The notes: a model not told the origin generated them from the sequence alone. DNA of 63,033 nt, filler included, from Craspedostauros australis (GCA_030167865.1; 6 parts of 6 records of this genome joined end to end with filler, not necessarily neighbours in it); one strand, 5' to 3'; counted from the first letter of the whole stretch, positions 1 through 13,104 are shown. Numbers and translations: made by a program.

Positions 1-584
1 AGTATGTAGCTCATGTGGAAGTGGGATCGAGAGTGGAAGAAGAAGCATGTCACACCAAGAACCCAAGCCATGCCAACAAACAATTCCCAACAACAAATAT
101 ACTCCAACACAACAGTCTCCCACCCTCTCATACTCAGCCATGCCATACTTGGCATTCAACAAACAACCATCCATCTATCCATCCCTGCCACACCATGCCA
201 TGCCAATGTGCCTCTAGAGATAGATAGTATCGACACCTGGGGGATGCTCCATCCTGTCTCATATCACACCAAACAAAGACTGTCCCAGCTGTAGTGGACA
301 ACCTGATGGGATCCGTCACACATTTCCTCACTGTAGCAAAGCAACAGAGTTGTCATTCATTGCAGAACCTCCTGTCTGTTGCAGATGTGCGGTGCGCCAA
401 GTTATGGGCTTGGCATGCTATGCTTATGTCACTGATCGTTTCAGCAATGCACCATCATCCTTTGCAACAATCGAAGTGGGCATGCATGGTGTATACATTG
501 TTCCTTTGCTCTGTCTTCACCATCTCATCAGACCNNNNNNNNNNNNNNNNNNNNNNNNNNNNNNNNNNNNNNNNNNNNNNNNNN

Positions 585-1363
585 TCACGGTAACCTACGA
601 TCGTGGAAGATGGTGTTGGTTGATAGTCGTCTGTTTACTATTTCATTACTTGGCTACTCCGATCCTCTCGGTGTACGCCCGTTCTCTTGCCCGATGCTCT
701 TGGCGCTTCAATCTGTTTTGTAGATTCAGTCTCCGACTATGAGTTGGTGTGCGAGATGCTCTCTCGATGCTCTTTGTATTCTCTCTGTCTCAGCATTATG
801 TGTTTTGTGCTACACCATGCTCCGTGTTCAATGCGTACTCCGCATTCGACACTCCATTCATTCACTTCTGGTTCCTACTCCATGAGTACTTACCATTTGA
901 AGTTCATCTCCTGTATCCATGATCTTGATGCCCTTCGGTCATTGGATCTTTGCCTCCTGCTCTGACTTGGAGACAGATGTCAACGTGGTGACACAATGAC
1001 ATCCTGTCAACGTCAGTAGGAGTCCTTCTGCGCTCCAGATGTCACGTTCCATTGGTGATGCAGTAGTCTGTCAGATGATATCGTCATCTGAGGTTTAGTT
1101 AGGAAGTACCTCAAGATTCTCTTGGTACCATTGATGGATGGACGGACGATATTTCCAATTCTCTCAGAAATCGTCGATTGCAAATTTCCTCCAGAAATTC
1201 TGCTCATTTTTGTGTGTTCCATTTCCACTGTGATTCTGACAAATCACAGTATACAATTGACACGAATGTAGTTGTACCGTCCGTACATGAATAAGAGATT
1301 AACAGGTGAACGATGCACATATACACGTACATCTTGACATATACACGCATGTACATGTCGACA
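585..1363 (-). mobile_element. LTR, family A (solo or terminal copy; left end lost in N gap)
   Basis: Colinear, diverged match to 31455-32238. Homology stops at ...TCGACA (1363), which is TGTCGA on the minus strand, the same boundary as 32238. Confidence 0.85.
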
Positions 1364-3579
1364 CAGCTGGATGCTTGAGGTTGAATGGAGTCCAATGGTG
1401 TCAAAGCTTCCTGTTGCTTGCGCAAGGCCACCACAACATTGCTCCAACACTCTTTCCAACACCAACAATCATACANTTTTCAAAGGATCTCTGCCCATTN
1501 AATGTAGAGGAAAGATCCCAACCTGGATGCCAANGCCGGAACTTGTACAAGGATGGATGATCTTCATGGATGAATAGATGGGTGGGTGGGTCCTGTGCTG
1601 CGGCCAATATGGCATGCCCACCACCAAGGCAGATGCCCCATGAGTGAAGTTGCCAAAGTTGCAATCTTGAATTCAACCCATATTGCAGGCCACAGTGGTG
1701 ACTGTGACCGACAGCAGCGTGTTTACACCATTGTAATCAGCATTGTCATTTTTGTTATTGGTTTGCTGTGATGTGCGCATGTGTTGCATATGGCCGGTGT
1801 GCCAAGCATTGCGTACATTTGTAGCGTGAGCTCATCCTGCTAGCGAGCACAGACCTGTGGGTACTTGTACTCGACGACAGCACCGATGCCATTGTCGATC
1901 TTGATGCCGATGTTGGTGTTGGTGTTTTCTGGTGTCACACAAAGACCCAGAATCTCACTCACAACTGTGTTCACAAAGTCACAGCCGACGACATGATACC
2001 AAAACGGATACTACCAACAGAAGTATCTCAACAGCCAACTGCTGTGTCGCCGTTCACATCAAAGGAACACTTCTGTCCTTGTTTTGTTGGGATTTTGTAG
2101 AAAACAATTTTGTCAATTTTGCGTATGTCTTGGTACTATTTGTGTAGTACTAGTATTAAGCGACAACAATACTGAGCATACTATAGTACCATCACAACAA
2201 TATCATGAACGTATCGGTCGGAATCGTCGTTCTGTTACGACAATGAAGTTTGTCGCGTAGAGATACTCAAACGGAGATACTGCACGTAAATAATTACAGT
2301 TTATTTGCTCAATACGTGATTTCTGAGAAAGTGTCAAAGTTCCACAATNCCTCGTGCGAAACCNACCACGCAATCCCACCGCCTCTGTCAGCGTTCACAA
2401 CGAGAATCGATCNGACANGGAACAGATCGTCTGCGTCACANGGTTCCAAATGAGAACCCCAAGCGCAACAAAGCTGGGGAAAATTGACCCAAACTCCCCT
2501 CAATTCACCCTTCAATGGGATGGCTTGCTCGTAACAATGATAAAGTCTAAGCCATTTGATTGGCTGGGGTCGCCGGCCATGCCAAAAAATAGCCACTCGA
2601 ACCCCTCTATTTATTGTGGTGGAGCGCGAACACAAAAAGAGAGAGGACGATTTGATGCGCTGTTGTTGGACGGAATGACTGGCGACAGCTGCGCCGATAC
2701 TTCACGAGTTGTGTGCAAAGACATGGCGCCATGATCGACACCATCACCGACGGTCGTCACGCTGTTGTGATTGACAGGACATCCGAGAAAACGAAGCGGA
2801 GTTATTCGGAGATGGCACAACCGAGAGACAGTAACAAGAAAGGACGACAGCAACAGCCAAGGGAGGCGGCAACAGAGTGGAAGCATCGGTCTGAACCCCC
2901 CATTCCATATAATCGATTGCATTGCGTTGCATCACAGATCGCAAAACAAGAAGGAGATTGGCAACACCGCCAACGACTCTGATTCGCAGTGGAGTGAAAG
3001 TTGTTGGACGAAGCGAATCGGCACTGGCGCAACGCCGTTTGGATCGACATCTGTGCCGCAGACGGACAACGAGAGTGTCACCGTGATCCATCACCGGCGC
3101 ACGCGGAGGCTCTTCCCAAACGTACGCAACCTTGCGCGGGGCAATCTGGGACGCGGGTCTCCCTCCAAGCCAAGGAGGATTTCGCACGTCCTGTTGCGTC
3201 CTCTCTCACAAGCAGCACCAAACAAAGAGGAAGAAAGAGGGTGTTGCCGTCTTTGGTGCTGGAGAAGAGCATAGTTGTACAATCCACTGGTATTGTACAG
3301 GACACACAACCACACAAGCACGTGCGAGAACGAGCAGACAGCTCGACATCTCTGACGACTTCGTCGAGAACATTCCGCATACGCTTCCAATCCACTTTGC
3401 TTCATCGTCAGCATCATCCGCAACATCCGCATCGTCAGGAAGAACTGGAACAACAACGGCACCAATCAAGAGTGTGGGCGGGTGAAACTCCATCCCTTCA
3501 TCGTCTCCATCTCCAACAATCGCAAGATCTATTGGCAATAGCAACAGCAGCACAATTCCAATTGTAACACTATTGCTCA

Positions 3580-6500
3580 ATGGGACAGACAATGTCCATA
3601 TGTCCGCCGACTCCATCAGCTCAAAGCGCAACGATGTCCAACATGGTGGCTTCCGAATCTCCTCCTGCTGCTGCTTCCACATCTGCCAAGTCTATGGCTA
3701 CTTCTGAGAGAGGAGAGGCAAAGCAACAGCCTCCATCCCATGATGGCAAGGATGTAACAGCACCTCTCAACGACACAACCACAGCTAAATATACTCCCAA
3801 TCAGCAGCAACAGCAGCAGCAGCAGCAACAGGAGTCAGCTCCCATCGACCAGACAGCCATCTCGCCTCTGCGCCTGGACTTCCTTCACAAATTTCGGGCA
3901 GCTGCGTGCGGCCCGACCTTACCGCCAGCCATCACCATTACTGCCCCCAACAGCGCTGCTTCTTTGTATTGTGATCAGCCGCATTCTGCCGATTCCATGG
4001 ATGATGAATCAGAGCATGAGCATCATGATGAATCAGAACATGACGATGCCCAACATATCCATCGCTATCCGCAACAGCAGCATGTTTGCGATCATCCCAA
4101 CAGCCAGCACACCAATCTAAGTGGGGACACGTACTCCTACGACGAAACGACGGATGCAAGCCACACCACCTACGCATCCGAAGCCATCACGCTCAGCGAA
4201 CGATCGGGAGGGCATGGTTCTAAGCTCATGCTGGAATCCATGTCCACCAATAGCAGTGCCAACAGCAACATCCTGGCAGGCATTCCGAATCTTGCAGCGC
4301 TGCGGAGCGGACAGCGCAACTCCACCTTTGCGGAAATGCCCAACAGGGTGCGCAGGAACGTCAGCACGGGGTCCGCACCCACCAACCTTCCCTTCCCAAT
4401 GGCAGCGACGCAGCAGTCACCATCTCCGCAGCATTCCGGCATTCTCAAGCATACCGCGAGTCCACCACAGGAGGACGCGCAGCATCTGCAGGCCATGCTG
4501 CAGGGATACCAGACGCGCATCAAGTACCTCGAGCAGAAGGAGATCCTCACCAAGCTTCAGCTCAAGGGATACGAATGCTCCATCGACGACTACAAGTGCA
4601 AGATGCAGACCATGCAGGCGCAGCTGCAGAAGCAGGAGGCCATCATCGCCAGGTACGAGGATCGTCTGCACCGCGGCAACGGACTCCTCACGGCCAACCA
4701 GTCCATGCACAGCGTCAACTCCATGGCCTCCATCTCGTCGTCAGCGTCGCAGCATCTGCAAACCGCCACGAACACGTCCTACATGAACCTCTCCAATCTG
4801 CAGCAGTGGCTCTTCGATGAGGGCACCAAATCGAACAAGGTGCAGCCCTGGATGATCCAGTACTGCCAGAAACTCAGAGATTACAACATACCCATCGACC
4901 GTCTCTTCATCACCAACGTCATTCCCCACGATCCCACCTTCTACATGTACGGCTGGGTCTGGGAGTACAACGAACCATTCACGCAGTTCAAGTACACCAA
5001 GCAACAGTTCGATGCCAAGCTCCACACAGCGCCGCAGGACGAATGCTTCCATCTTCTCTACACCAATCGCAAGAAACGGGCCAATCAGAAACGAAAGAAC
5101 ACGAAGAACCTCGACAGCGTCCTGCCCGGCAACCATTGGACGCAGGAGCAAGATCTCAAGCAGCGAGTTGGGTATAATACACAGCAGCGACGACACATGA
5201 GACGATCTTCCTTGGGTGACGTGCAACGACAGCAGTACACGCACTACTTCAGTCTGCCCATTTACCAAAATGACAAATTCATGGGCTCCATTTCCTGGGT
5301 CACCAAGAACATCACGGGATTCTCCAAGTACCATCTCCAATTCTTCCAGCAATCCATGGCCGGTCTGGCCCTCATCGTGCGCTACCAAACCAATGAGGCC
5401 AACCAGGAGACCCTCATGAAGCGCATGGAGGACACCGTCCATCAGCGCACGCAGGAGCTGGCGGCCGCCAACGCCAAACTGCAAAATGCCAACCGCCACA
5501 TCCAGCAGCAATCGCAGGCGCAGCTGCGGCATTTCGCCATGATGAGCCACGAGATCCGCACGCCGTTGAACTGCATCATTGGTCTGTCCGGACTCCTCGT
5601 CAAGGATGCCTCGTTGACGCAGGACCAGCAGGAGGCACTCAAGATGATCACGACGTCCGGCGATCTCCTGCTGCACGTCGTCGACGATGTCCTCAACTTT
5701 TCCAAATTGGCCGTCGGTGAGGTCGTCTTCCACATGGCGCCCATCTCGCTGCGCGATACCTTGCGCACTGTCTTTCACAACATCCAGCAGCAGCAACAGC
5801 ACGTGCGTCTGCGCGTCTCGACGCCGCAACCCTTGCCATGCCGCATCGTCATGGACACGCGGCGGCTGCAGCAGGTGCTGTACAATCTGCTGGGCAACGC
5901 CGTCAAGTTCGGTCGCGACGGCAAGTACGTGGATTGCACCATCACACAGGTCGGCATCATGATGGATGAAGCCTCCGATGAGCAGTCGGCCAATGTTCGG
6001 CGCGAGATGCAGATGCTGCAATTCGACATTCAGGATTACGGCGTCGGCATCCATCCCGATCATATGGCCAACATCTTCCAGCCCTTCCGACAGTTGTCTG
6101 TTGATACGGAACGCGAGTACGGCGGCACGGGGCTAGGTCTGGCGATCACGTCGAACCTGGTCAAGGCCATGGGCGGTCGCATCGACGTGCAGTCGGAGTG
6201 CGGCAAGTGGTGCAAATTCACGGTCCAGATGCCGTTGACGTTGCCGGATGAAGATATGGAAGGCAGCATGCAGATGGAAGATGTCGCGCCAGCATCCGCG
6301 CTGCGTCAGGATCGGTTCCAACTTTCCAACAACTTTTTGGAAATTCACGAGTTGTCCAAGATCGTTCAAATGGAAACAGACAAAGAGGAGTTGCCACCTC
6401 CTCCGCGCAGCACTCCCAACATGGTGGAACGCACGTCGTTGATAAGTTTGCCGCCACCCAACCATGAGCAGCTTTTGCAGGATTTGGATAAGATGCTGCA

Positions 6501-7266
6501 AGAACAGCAGGATGGTTCGTCGTCGTACACTGAAACCACCGCGCGGTTCGCACGTCCCGACGCAACAGCCACGCCCAAATCGCAAGCGCTGAACCACGAG
6601 CAGCTCATGAATTATTTAGATCGCATCGGCAAGCAGCAATCGCAACGTAGTTTGATTCCGGAGACGGCAAAGAACGAGGTGACGCCCGCGAGCGATGCAG
6701 AGAGCATGCCGAAGGAAGATGCGCCGACGGCAAAACCTCCGCCTGTTATCGTCACGTCCTCAAAGCCGATCAAATCGACACGACCCAAGATGGCGGCCGC
6801 CGACCAGCCCGTTCCGAAGAAGGCGCGTGCAGGCGACGGTGCGTCATCACCATGGAAGGCGCTGAAGGTTCTCGTTGCCGAAGACAACAAGGTGAATCAG
6901 AAGGTGTGCAAGCGCATTCTGACTCGCATCGGCATCACCGACATTGATATCATGGACAACGGGCAAAAGGCGGTCGACCAGGAGCAGAAGAAGGCGTACG
7001 ATTTGGTGCTGATGGATTTGGAAATGCCGGTCATGAACGGGCTGGATGCCACGAAGCACATCATCCGACGACGCAATGAACTGGCGGCGCCATTGCCTCG
7101 CGTGCTGTTCTTGAGCGCGCACGCGTTGGAGGAGTACAAGACACAGGCCCGCGAGGCTGGTGCCGATGGATTCCTGTCGAAGCCGTTTCGGATTGAAGCC
7201 ATCGAGACGTCGTTGAAGGAATTGAAGTTCGATGGCACGCAGGCGATGTGGACAACGGGCACGTGA
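3580..7266 (+). CDS. Hybrid sensor histidine kinase (coiled coil, GAF-like input, HisKA, HATPase, receiver)
   Basis: 1228-aa ORF. H-box MMSHEIRTPLNCIIG, N-box RLQQVLYNLLGNAVKF, G1 DYGVGI, F-box FQPFRQ, G2 GGTGLGLAI. Receiver motifs VLVAEDN...LVLMDLEMPVMNG...SKPF. Confidence 0.95.
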   Translation: MGQTMSICPPTPSAQSATMSNMVASESPPAAASTSAKSMATSERGEAKQQPPSHDGKDVTAPLNDTTTAKYTPNQQQQQQQQQQESAPIDQTAISPLRLDFLHKFRAAACGPTLPPAITITAPNSAASLYCDQPHSADSMDDESEHEHHDESEHDDAQHIHRYPQQQHVCDHPNSQHTNLSGDTYSYDETTDASHTTYASEAITLSERSGGHGSKLMLESMSTNSSANSNILAGIPNLAALRSGQRNSTFAEMPNRVRRNVSTGSAPTNLPFPMAATQQSPSPQHSGILKHTASPPQEDAQHLQAMLQGYQTRIKYLEQKEILTKLQLKGYECSIDDYKCKMQTMQAQLQKQEAIIARYEDRLHRGNGLLTANQSMHSVNSMASISSSASQHLQTATNTSYMNLSNLQQWLFDEGTKSNKVQPWMIQYCQKLRDYNIPIDRLFITNVIPHDPTFYMYGWVWEYNEPFTQFKYTKQQFDAKLHTAPQDECFHLLYTNRKKRANQKRKNTKNLDSVLPGNHWTQEQDLKQRVGYNTQQRRHMRRSSLGDVQRQQYTHYFSLPIYQNDKFMGSISWVTKNITGFSKYHLQFFQQSMAGLALIVRYQTNEANQETLMKRMEDTVHQRTQELAAANAKLQNANRHIQQQSQAQLRHFAMMSHEIRTPLNCIIGLSGLLVKDASLTQDQQEALKMITTSGDLLLHVVDDVLNFSKLAVGEVVFHMAPISLRDTLRTVFHNIQQQQQHVRLRVSTPQPLPCRIVMDTRRLQQVLYNLLGNAVKFGRDGKYVDCTITQVGIMMDEASDEQSANVRREMQMLQFDIQDYGVGIHPDHMANIFQPFRQLSVDTEREYGGTGLGLAITSNLVKAMGGRIDVQSECGKWCKFTVQMPLTLPDEDMEGSMQMEDVAPASALRQDRFQLSNNFLEIHELSKIVQMETDKEELPPPPRSTPNMVERTSLISLPPPNHEQLLQDLDKMLQEQQDGSSSYTETTARFARPDATATPKSQALNHEQLMNYLDRIGKQQSQRSLIPETAKNEVTPASDAESMPKEDAPTAKPPPVIVTSSKPIKSTRPKMAAADQPVPKKARAGDGASSPWKALKVLVAEDNKVNQKVCKRILTRIGITDIDIMDNGQKAVDQEQKKAYDLVLMDLEMPVMNGLDATKHIIRRRNELAAPLPRVLFLSAHALEEYKTQAREAGADGFLSKPFRIEAIETSLKELKFDGTQAMWTTGT

Positions 7267-8451
7267 GTGTTGTGGATCGTCCGACAACAACAAGGGGCGA
7301 ATAGAAAGGGGGAGATAGGGAGAGACAGAGTAGGGAGCGGTTTCTTTTTCATCTCTTGATCTCCACTTGTCTTGTCTTTGGCTTGCCATGCTTTGCTTTC
7401 GAGATGCTGTGTTTGCACGAGCCAAGTCGCTGCATCCTCTCATTATTGCACGATCCTCGTGATAACCAGCGACGTTGACCGTCTTTGCGTTCCCACCATA
7501 CGCGCACGCGAGTATTGTATTGGCGCGACCATCCGCTGCACCGCTCTGACTGGTACCACCAGTCGGATCGTCATTCAGCCATGGTGGCATGTGGCATTTG
7601 GTGTTTGGCATGACTGAGGTTCTCTCCCACAGATGGTATGGCACGACCCATGATACGCGGTAACCCCTTCCTCGACTTCAGCTCGCGCTCCATCCTGTTC
7701 CCATTCCCTTCTTCCTTGTGGACAGGACACGGATACTGCGACTCCCTGGTCACCACTTGCTTTCTCTTGGCAGTCTCATCTTTCCTGTCGTGCATAATTC
7801 GCGTTGTTGCCTTTCCCACTCGCATCGCGCACTCTTGGTACGCGGATAGCACAAGTCGTGGATCGTGACAAAAATAGGCACTGATACAGTACTTTACAGG
7901 CGACTGATTTGAATTTGGCATCCCAACCGTTCGTGAGCGATGCGGAAACTGTTCCCACGATTGTTTGTTGTTCGTGCGCGTTCTGGTTTCTGCGTGAGAC
8001 AGTGCCAACATCACTGGTGCTTGCGCACGATCACAATTTGTTGGCAAGGACATTCGCAGGTACGCTTCGGTGATGATGGCGATGATCGCTGCTACGGCGA
8101 TGATGACGATGGTGGTGGTTTGTTCGTGTGGAGATGACCGTTGATGCTTGAGCAGGGAGGGAGTGAGCTGGGCGCATGGTTGATGCGTTGACTGATGCGT
8201 TGATGGATTGGTGACCTCTTTGTTCCTTTGTGATGTGCATCACACGAGTCCCACTGTGCGAGCCTCACCTCACGCGTCCATGCCTGCTTCATCTGCTCAT
8301 ACTTCTCACGCTCGCCCACTCGCTCACTCATTCGTAATTGCTCACATTAGAACACAACGGTCCGTTTGCACCATCACTCCAAGCCCATACATCAGCTCGT
8401 TGACCCCACAATCGCAACACAGTGTAACCACACTTTCCACAACCTGCAATC

Positions 8452-10089
8452 ATGGGATGCGCACGATCCATCCCCGTTCAACCAGGCGGCCACCACCCAA
8501 CAGCGTCGCAACAACCATCCACGAATCAATGTGGCGATGGATTGGAAGGATTCCACAACGGCTACTCGCACACCAACAGCAACGCCAATGACGGCGTCGA
8601 CTGCAAAGAAGCCAAACATGGGCGCCGTGGTGTCTGGTCCAAGCTGCGTCGTTTCAACAAACGCAACAAGCATGTCAAGAGCAATGGCCGTGATGATAGC
8701 AACGGTGGCCTGCTCCAACACCAATATTCTCCAGCAGGCTCGTCAATGACGCAAGAACAGCAGCAGCAGTTGCGCCGTCATCAACACCTCCTTGCCTCGC
8801 GTGGAAACGGCAAGCGTCCAACGTTGGCAACGGCGTACTCTGGGTCGATGGAGTACAGCAATACATCGCAAAAGTCTCTCTACAGCTACGCAACATCGAC
8901 GGTCGCCGGAAGCCAAACCATCAGCAGCAGCATGTACAGCCTTGGCCAGCAGACCTACCTGCGCCAGCAACAGCAGCAGTACAACGCGTCGCGCCCTCGG
9001 ATGTACTCGCATGGCGCACAAGGCGAGAATGAGAGTCTGTTCAATTTCAGCCTTGACGGCTACACGGCCAACAACGATGACACAACCACCTTCACCGATT
9101 TCTCGTACGACGATACGAGCAGCCGCCTTCGTCCACACGACAGAAACAGCAATGTCAACAGCAACAATGATGGTGACGATGGTGATGACGACCAGTTCAT
9201 CTTCAATAAGACACAGAAGCATCACCCCGATCCCGCTGCGGATGGCGGCCACCAAGAGTCGCAACCCTTCGGAGAGATTTCGTACGAAGAAAGCACGGAC
9301 TGCGATGACCAGGTGAGCTTTCTCGGCCTGCCAACGGGTAGCACAATCGGGACCACCTCCCCGATGGTGGGAGGGTTCGATCTCGGCATGACCACACCGG
9401 AAGATCAAGCTGGCGTGCAGCTCCAGCTCCCCACGAATCTCATGAAGATGCCGACGCTGCTGAATGAAGGTCATATCATGAAGGGGCGTCGCTCCACCAC
9501 GTCGCCGACGCAGCGCACTGACGATGAACCGCGAGACCCACCTCCTGCACCCGTGCACAACGATCACCATGTGTTGCGTGACCCTGCAGGATTCAAAGCT
9601 GCCGCCGCGACATCCAAGCCGTTCGATCGACGCAAGGGTTTCGAATCCGAATTCTCCAGCATCTGGGCGTCCAAGTCCCATGCAACGTCCACCGGAGCAT
9701 GGTCGGCGCAGCCAGAACAATCGACCAACATCCTTGTGAGCACACGTGGCATCCTGGAATCGTTGGAGCAGCGGTACTTTGAACGCAAAGTCGAGGCACC
9801 AGCTGGTGAACTGGGCATCGCGTGTCGTCGCAAGGTGAAGAAGCAAGGTCTGCTGCCGGAAGAACAATGCATCGTCGTGGATGCCATGGACGAGGACAGC
9901 CCACTCAGCGGTGCTGTGCGACCAGGCGACGTCATCCTCGAGCTCAATGGCAAAGCCACAAGCGGCATGTCAGCAGTACAGTTCAGCCGTCTGCTGTTGG
10001 AGTCTCGAGAACGACCGCGAAGCCTGCTCGTGCAGACCGACACCATCAAGTCTCAAGCCTACGACTATTCGCTTCGTGCTGGTGAATGA
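8452..10089 (+). CDS. PDZ-domain protein with N-terminal MGC acylation motif
   Basis: 545-aa ORF starting MGCARS. C-terminal PDZ-like segment APAGELGI...DSPLSGAVRPGDVILELNGKATSGMSA. Low-complexity middle. Confidence 0.85.
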   Translation: MGCARSIPVQPGGHHPTASQQPSTNQCGDGLEGFHNGYSHTNSNANDGVDCKEAKHGRRGVWSKLRRFNKRNKHVKSNGRDDSNGGLLQHQYSPAGSSMTQEQQQQLRRHQHLLASRGNGKRPTLATAYSGSMEYSNTSQKSLYSYATSTVAGSQTISSSMYSLGQQTYLRQQQQQYNASRPRMYSHGAQGENESLFNFSLDGYTANNDDTTTFTDFSYDDTSSRLRPHDRNSNVNSNNDGDDGDDDQFIFNKTQKHHPDPAADGGHQESQPFGEISYEESTDCDDQVSFLGLPTGSTIGTTSPMVGGFDLGMTTPEDQAGVQLQLPTNLMKMPTLLNEGHIMKGRRSTTSPTQRTDDEPRDPPPAPVHNDHHVLRDPAGFKAAAATSKPFDRRKGFESEFSSIWASKSHATSTGAWSAQPEQSTNILVSTRGILESLEQRYFERKVEAPAGELGIACRRKVKKQGLLPEEQCIVVDAMDEDSPLSGAVRPGDVILELNGKATSGMSAVQFSRLLLESRERPRSLLVQTDTIKSQAYDYSLRAGE

Positions 10090-13000
10090 ACGCGGTGAAC
10101 GACGGGCGAACGATTGAATGGTGCTCTGTCTCCATGATCGCCCCTTCAAGCTGTTTTCGTTTGGCGGGGACATACCTTTGCCTCCCGCTGCATGGCTCCT
10201 GCGCAACAGCATCGCTTTGTCAGAAGCTCAATGAGCTGTCACTTGCAAGAGAGTGACATTGACAGCGATGACGAACGTGGCTATCTCAATGCTCTTTGTG
10301 TGCCAGCACCATTATGATAGATTGTGCGCCTTACCTGCGAGTAATCCAATAGTGAACCTCTCTGTTTCTGTGTGAAGGACTCTTGCGTCTTTTGGGTGGC
10401 AGAGACCTCTCTGTTCTGCTCTGTGTTCTGACGAGCAGCGACATCCTTTGGTTTCGTCCGTGTGGCTTGTTCCTGTGAGACATGCGGTTGCCGTCGCTGT
10501 GGTACCGTGCTGTGAACAGTGATAGAGGGTGCGTTGCCAGGTCGGTATAGCAATGCGATCGCCACAAACATCGCACAGACAGACTTCAAATGCAAGGAAG
10601 AGTCCGACCAGGCAATACAAGATGAGACTCCAACACGCATGTGCGTGCGTGGCAACGGCCAGGAAAGCTGATCTCTGCGCCTCTCCTCCAGAAAACAGCT
10701 TCCACATCCCAGAAACGTTGGATACTTTGTCATTTCTCTGACTCAAGGGAGCCATCGCAGTTGTGGATCCAATTTTGATAGAACAGAGAGACAACGCTAG
10801 CAGAGTGTCTCTGCTTCTCTGGGTGAAGGGTACATCCGCCTTCCCGTTTCTTTCTTGAACCTTGCGGAGCTCTGTGCCGAAATCCTGTCTCGAAGGCCTG
10901 ATTGTCCGCACCGTAGTACCGGCAACGCACAACTACGACAAAAATGCCGCCACAGAGCGTTCTCCTTCGTTCTCTACGCGCATGACCACGTGACAGATTG
11001 TTGTTCAAGTCGTTCGCATTTGTGACCGCGAGGCATGTTTCTTGGAGAAGTCAATCACGTCACGACACTCTGTGCTGGGTCGCACCTTAAAACCGATCAA
11101 GTTGAAGGCGGACTGTTCACAAAGCGCGTTTGTTGAGTTCTTGGCACACCAAAGCAACACGAAGGCAGCAGCGGTCTGTGGTTGCGTGGAAGAATCTCGA
11201 TACACGTCACGGCCACAAGATCCCCTCGGGTTATGTCTATGTCTGATGGGTCGGCTAATCGGTCAGGCAGTCGGTTCTCTCTTGATGTCTGCGAGCCGCG
11301 AATGGCTCCAGTGCACACAGACCAGAGTACACACGAAAGCAGAGAGAACAACGAAGCACGAGGCGGATGAAGCCAAGAGGTCAACGAGTATCAACCAAAC
11401 AGAAAGAAAGAGGGCCAACAGAGTGCACAGAGCAGTACAGTAGCACAGCATAGCGCAAAGCGAACTGCAATGTCGCGCATTCTTCGCGTTCTTGCTCTTG
11501 AGGCAGCACGACAAGAAAAGATAGGATGAGATAGTTGCTGTCATCTCGTCTGTGATGGACGACCTGTAAGAGCAACCAAGATCTACACTGGATGCGGCTG
11601 ATCTGAGAGAGCGATCCGTGAGCAGGGCGCTTGGAAGCTGCCTCTCCCTCCCTCCCTCCGTCCCTCTCTTTATCTAACAGCTATCTCGCTACCAATCTAT
11701 CATAGCTATGCTCTGCTCTGCTCTGCTCTGTGTGTGCGTAACAGTCTTGAAGATTTTGGCAAGAGTTCGTGGCTTGGCGTGGCACTTCGGTTGCTATCGG
11801 TCTTGCCAGAGAACAAGTTTCTCCTCTTTCTGCCTATTCCAGTCCGTCGTTTCTTCCTTCTCAATTCCCGGACGACTCTCAACACGATGGACATGAGCGC
11901 GTGTGACATCCTTCTCCATCGACCAAGTTACCTCTCGCTGTCGTCGCCTGTGCTGGTGAGTTTGTGCGAGCTGCGAGCAGGTCCCGCAGCATTCCTCCCC
12001 TCCCCTTTCGGGATCTCTTTTCTCGCTCCTCTGGGCAGCCATGGGATCCTTCGCTCATTCGAATTTCCGTTCCTCGGAAAGAGGCGACTGCGGTTAGCTC
12101 CTCGATTCACAAAAGCCCAACACCATCCTTCGTCGTTGTCGACATGCTCTGCATCGCGTGGTGCGAGTTCGTCAAGCAGGGCGCTCTGTGTGCTCTGCGA
12201 GTACGGGCAGCGGGTGGTGAAGGACCCGGCGGGGATGTTCTTCGGCAAGGCCGAAACCCAACGATGATTTCGCCTCCCAGGATCGGATTATGTCCGTTAG
12301 TGATCGTTGGGGGATCCCATTGTGATCTGTTTCTGTCCACATGTGATGTCATCGTGAAGTATGTTTCCGCTTTTGTTGCCGAGTCCGAAGCTCAATCGAG
12401 GTTTACGGGCGGTGCCACTAATGAAAGTGCGCCTCTGTTTCGTTACCGTGCGCGTACCTGCGTGACAAGATGCAGAGAGAGGACACACATCCACAAGCTA
12501 TTGGCGGTTTGCGTGGCTTCAACTGTACACGTACCCACCATGTTCCACGCAAGGCTCGTACTCCACGAGATCGTACTCCGTTGATGCTATCACCCACGCC
12601 CGCCAAACAGCGCGAAAGTGTGAGTGTCTGGGGGAGGAAAGCTCGCGCAGTTTGCTGTACAAGACCGTGCAGCCTCCCTTCCGCCGTGGTGTTCGGCGTT
12701 GTTGGGAAGGGAATGTTCTGCCGAGCCTTTCCACCAAATATTTGGTCCGTTTGACTGGTGTTCTCATTGCAACTTCAACTCCTTTGGGGAGGCTGGCAGT
12801 GCCCTGTGCTCCCCAAACAGAACGTGGCAACGTGGGCGTGAGTGCGCGAAAAGGCATGGTGCTGGTGAAGCCAAGCGGGGAGGAATGGACCACAACGAGT
12901 TTGCGGCAACGGAGTGCTGGCACGCTACCAGTACACGTACGAGGATGCGTGGAGAAGAGGGAGGTGGTGTTGTCTGTGTCCACCTCCTCCTCACAAAAAA

Positions 13001-13104
13001 CAAACTGCGCAAAAGCAAAAGCAATCAAAGCATCTACCACATTCACACGCACAGACACGCAAACCCAAACACGCTCACAACAACAACAACAACAACATTC
13101 AACA

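Noticed and set aside
4741..6063. Long antisense ORFs (also 8743-9867 and 43683-44921)
   Set aside because: Shadows of codon-biased genes on the opposite strand, with no motifs.
10100..12600. Short ORFs in intergenic regions (also 14000-16700 and 25700-27800)
   Set aside because: No recognisable domains, coding bias or convincing splice structure.
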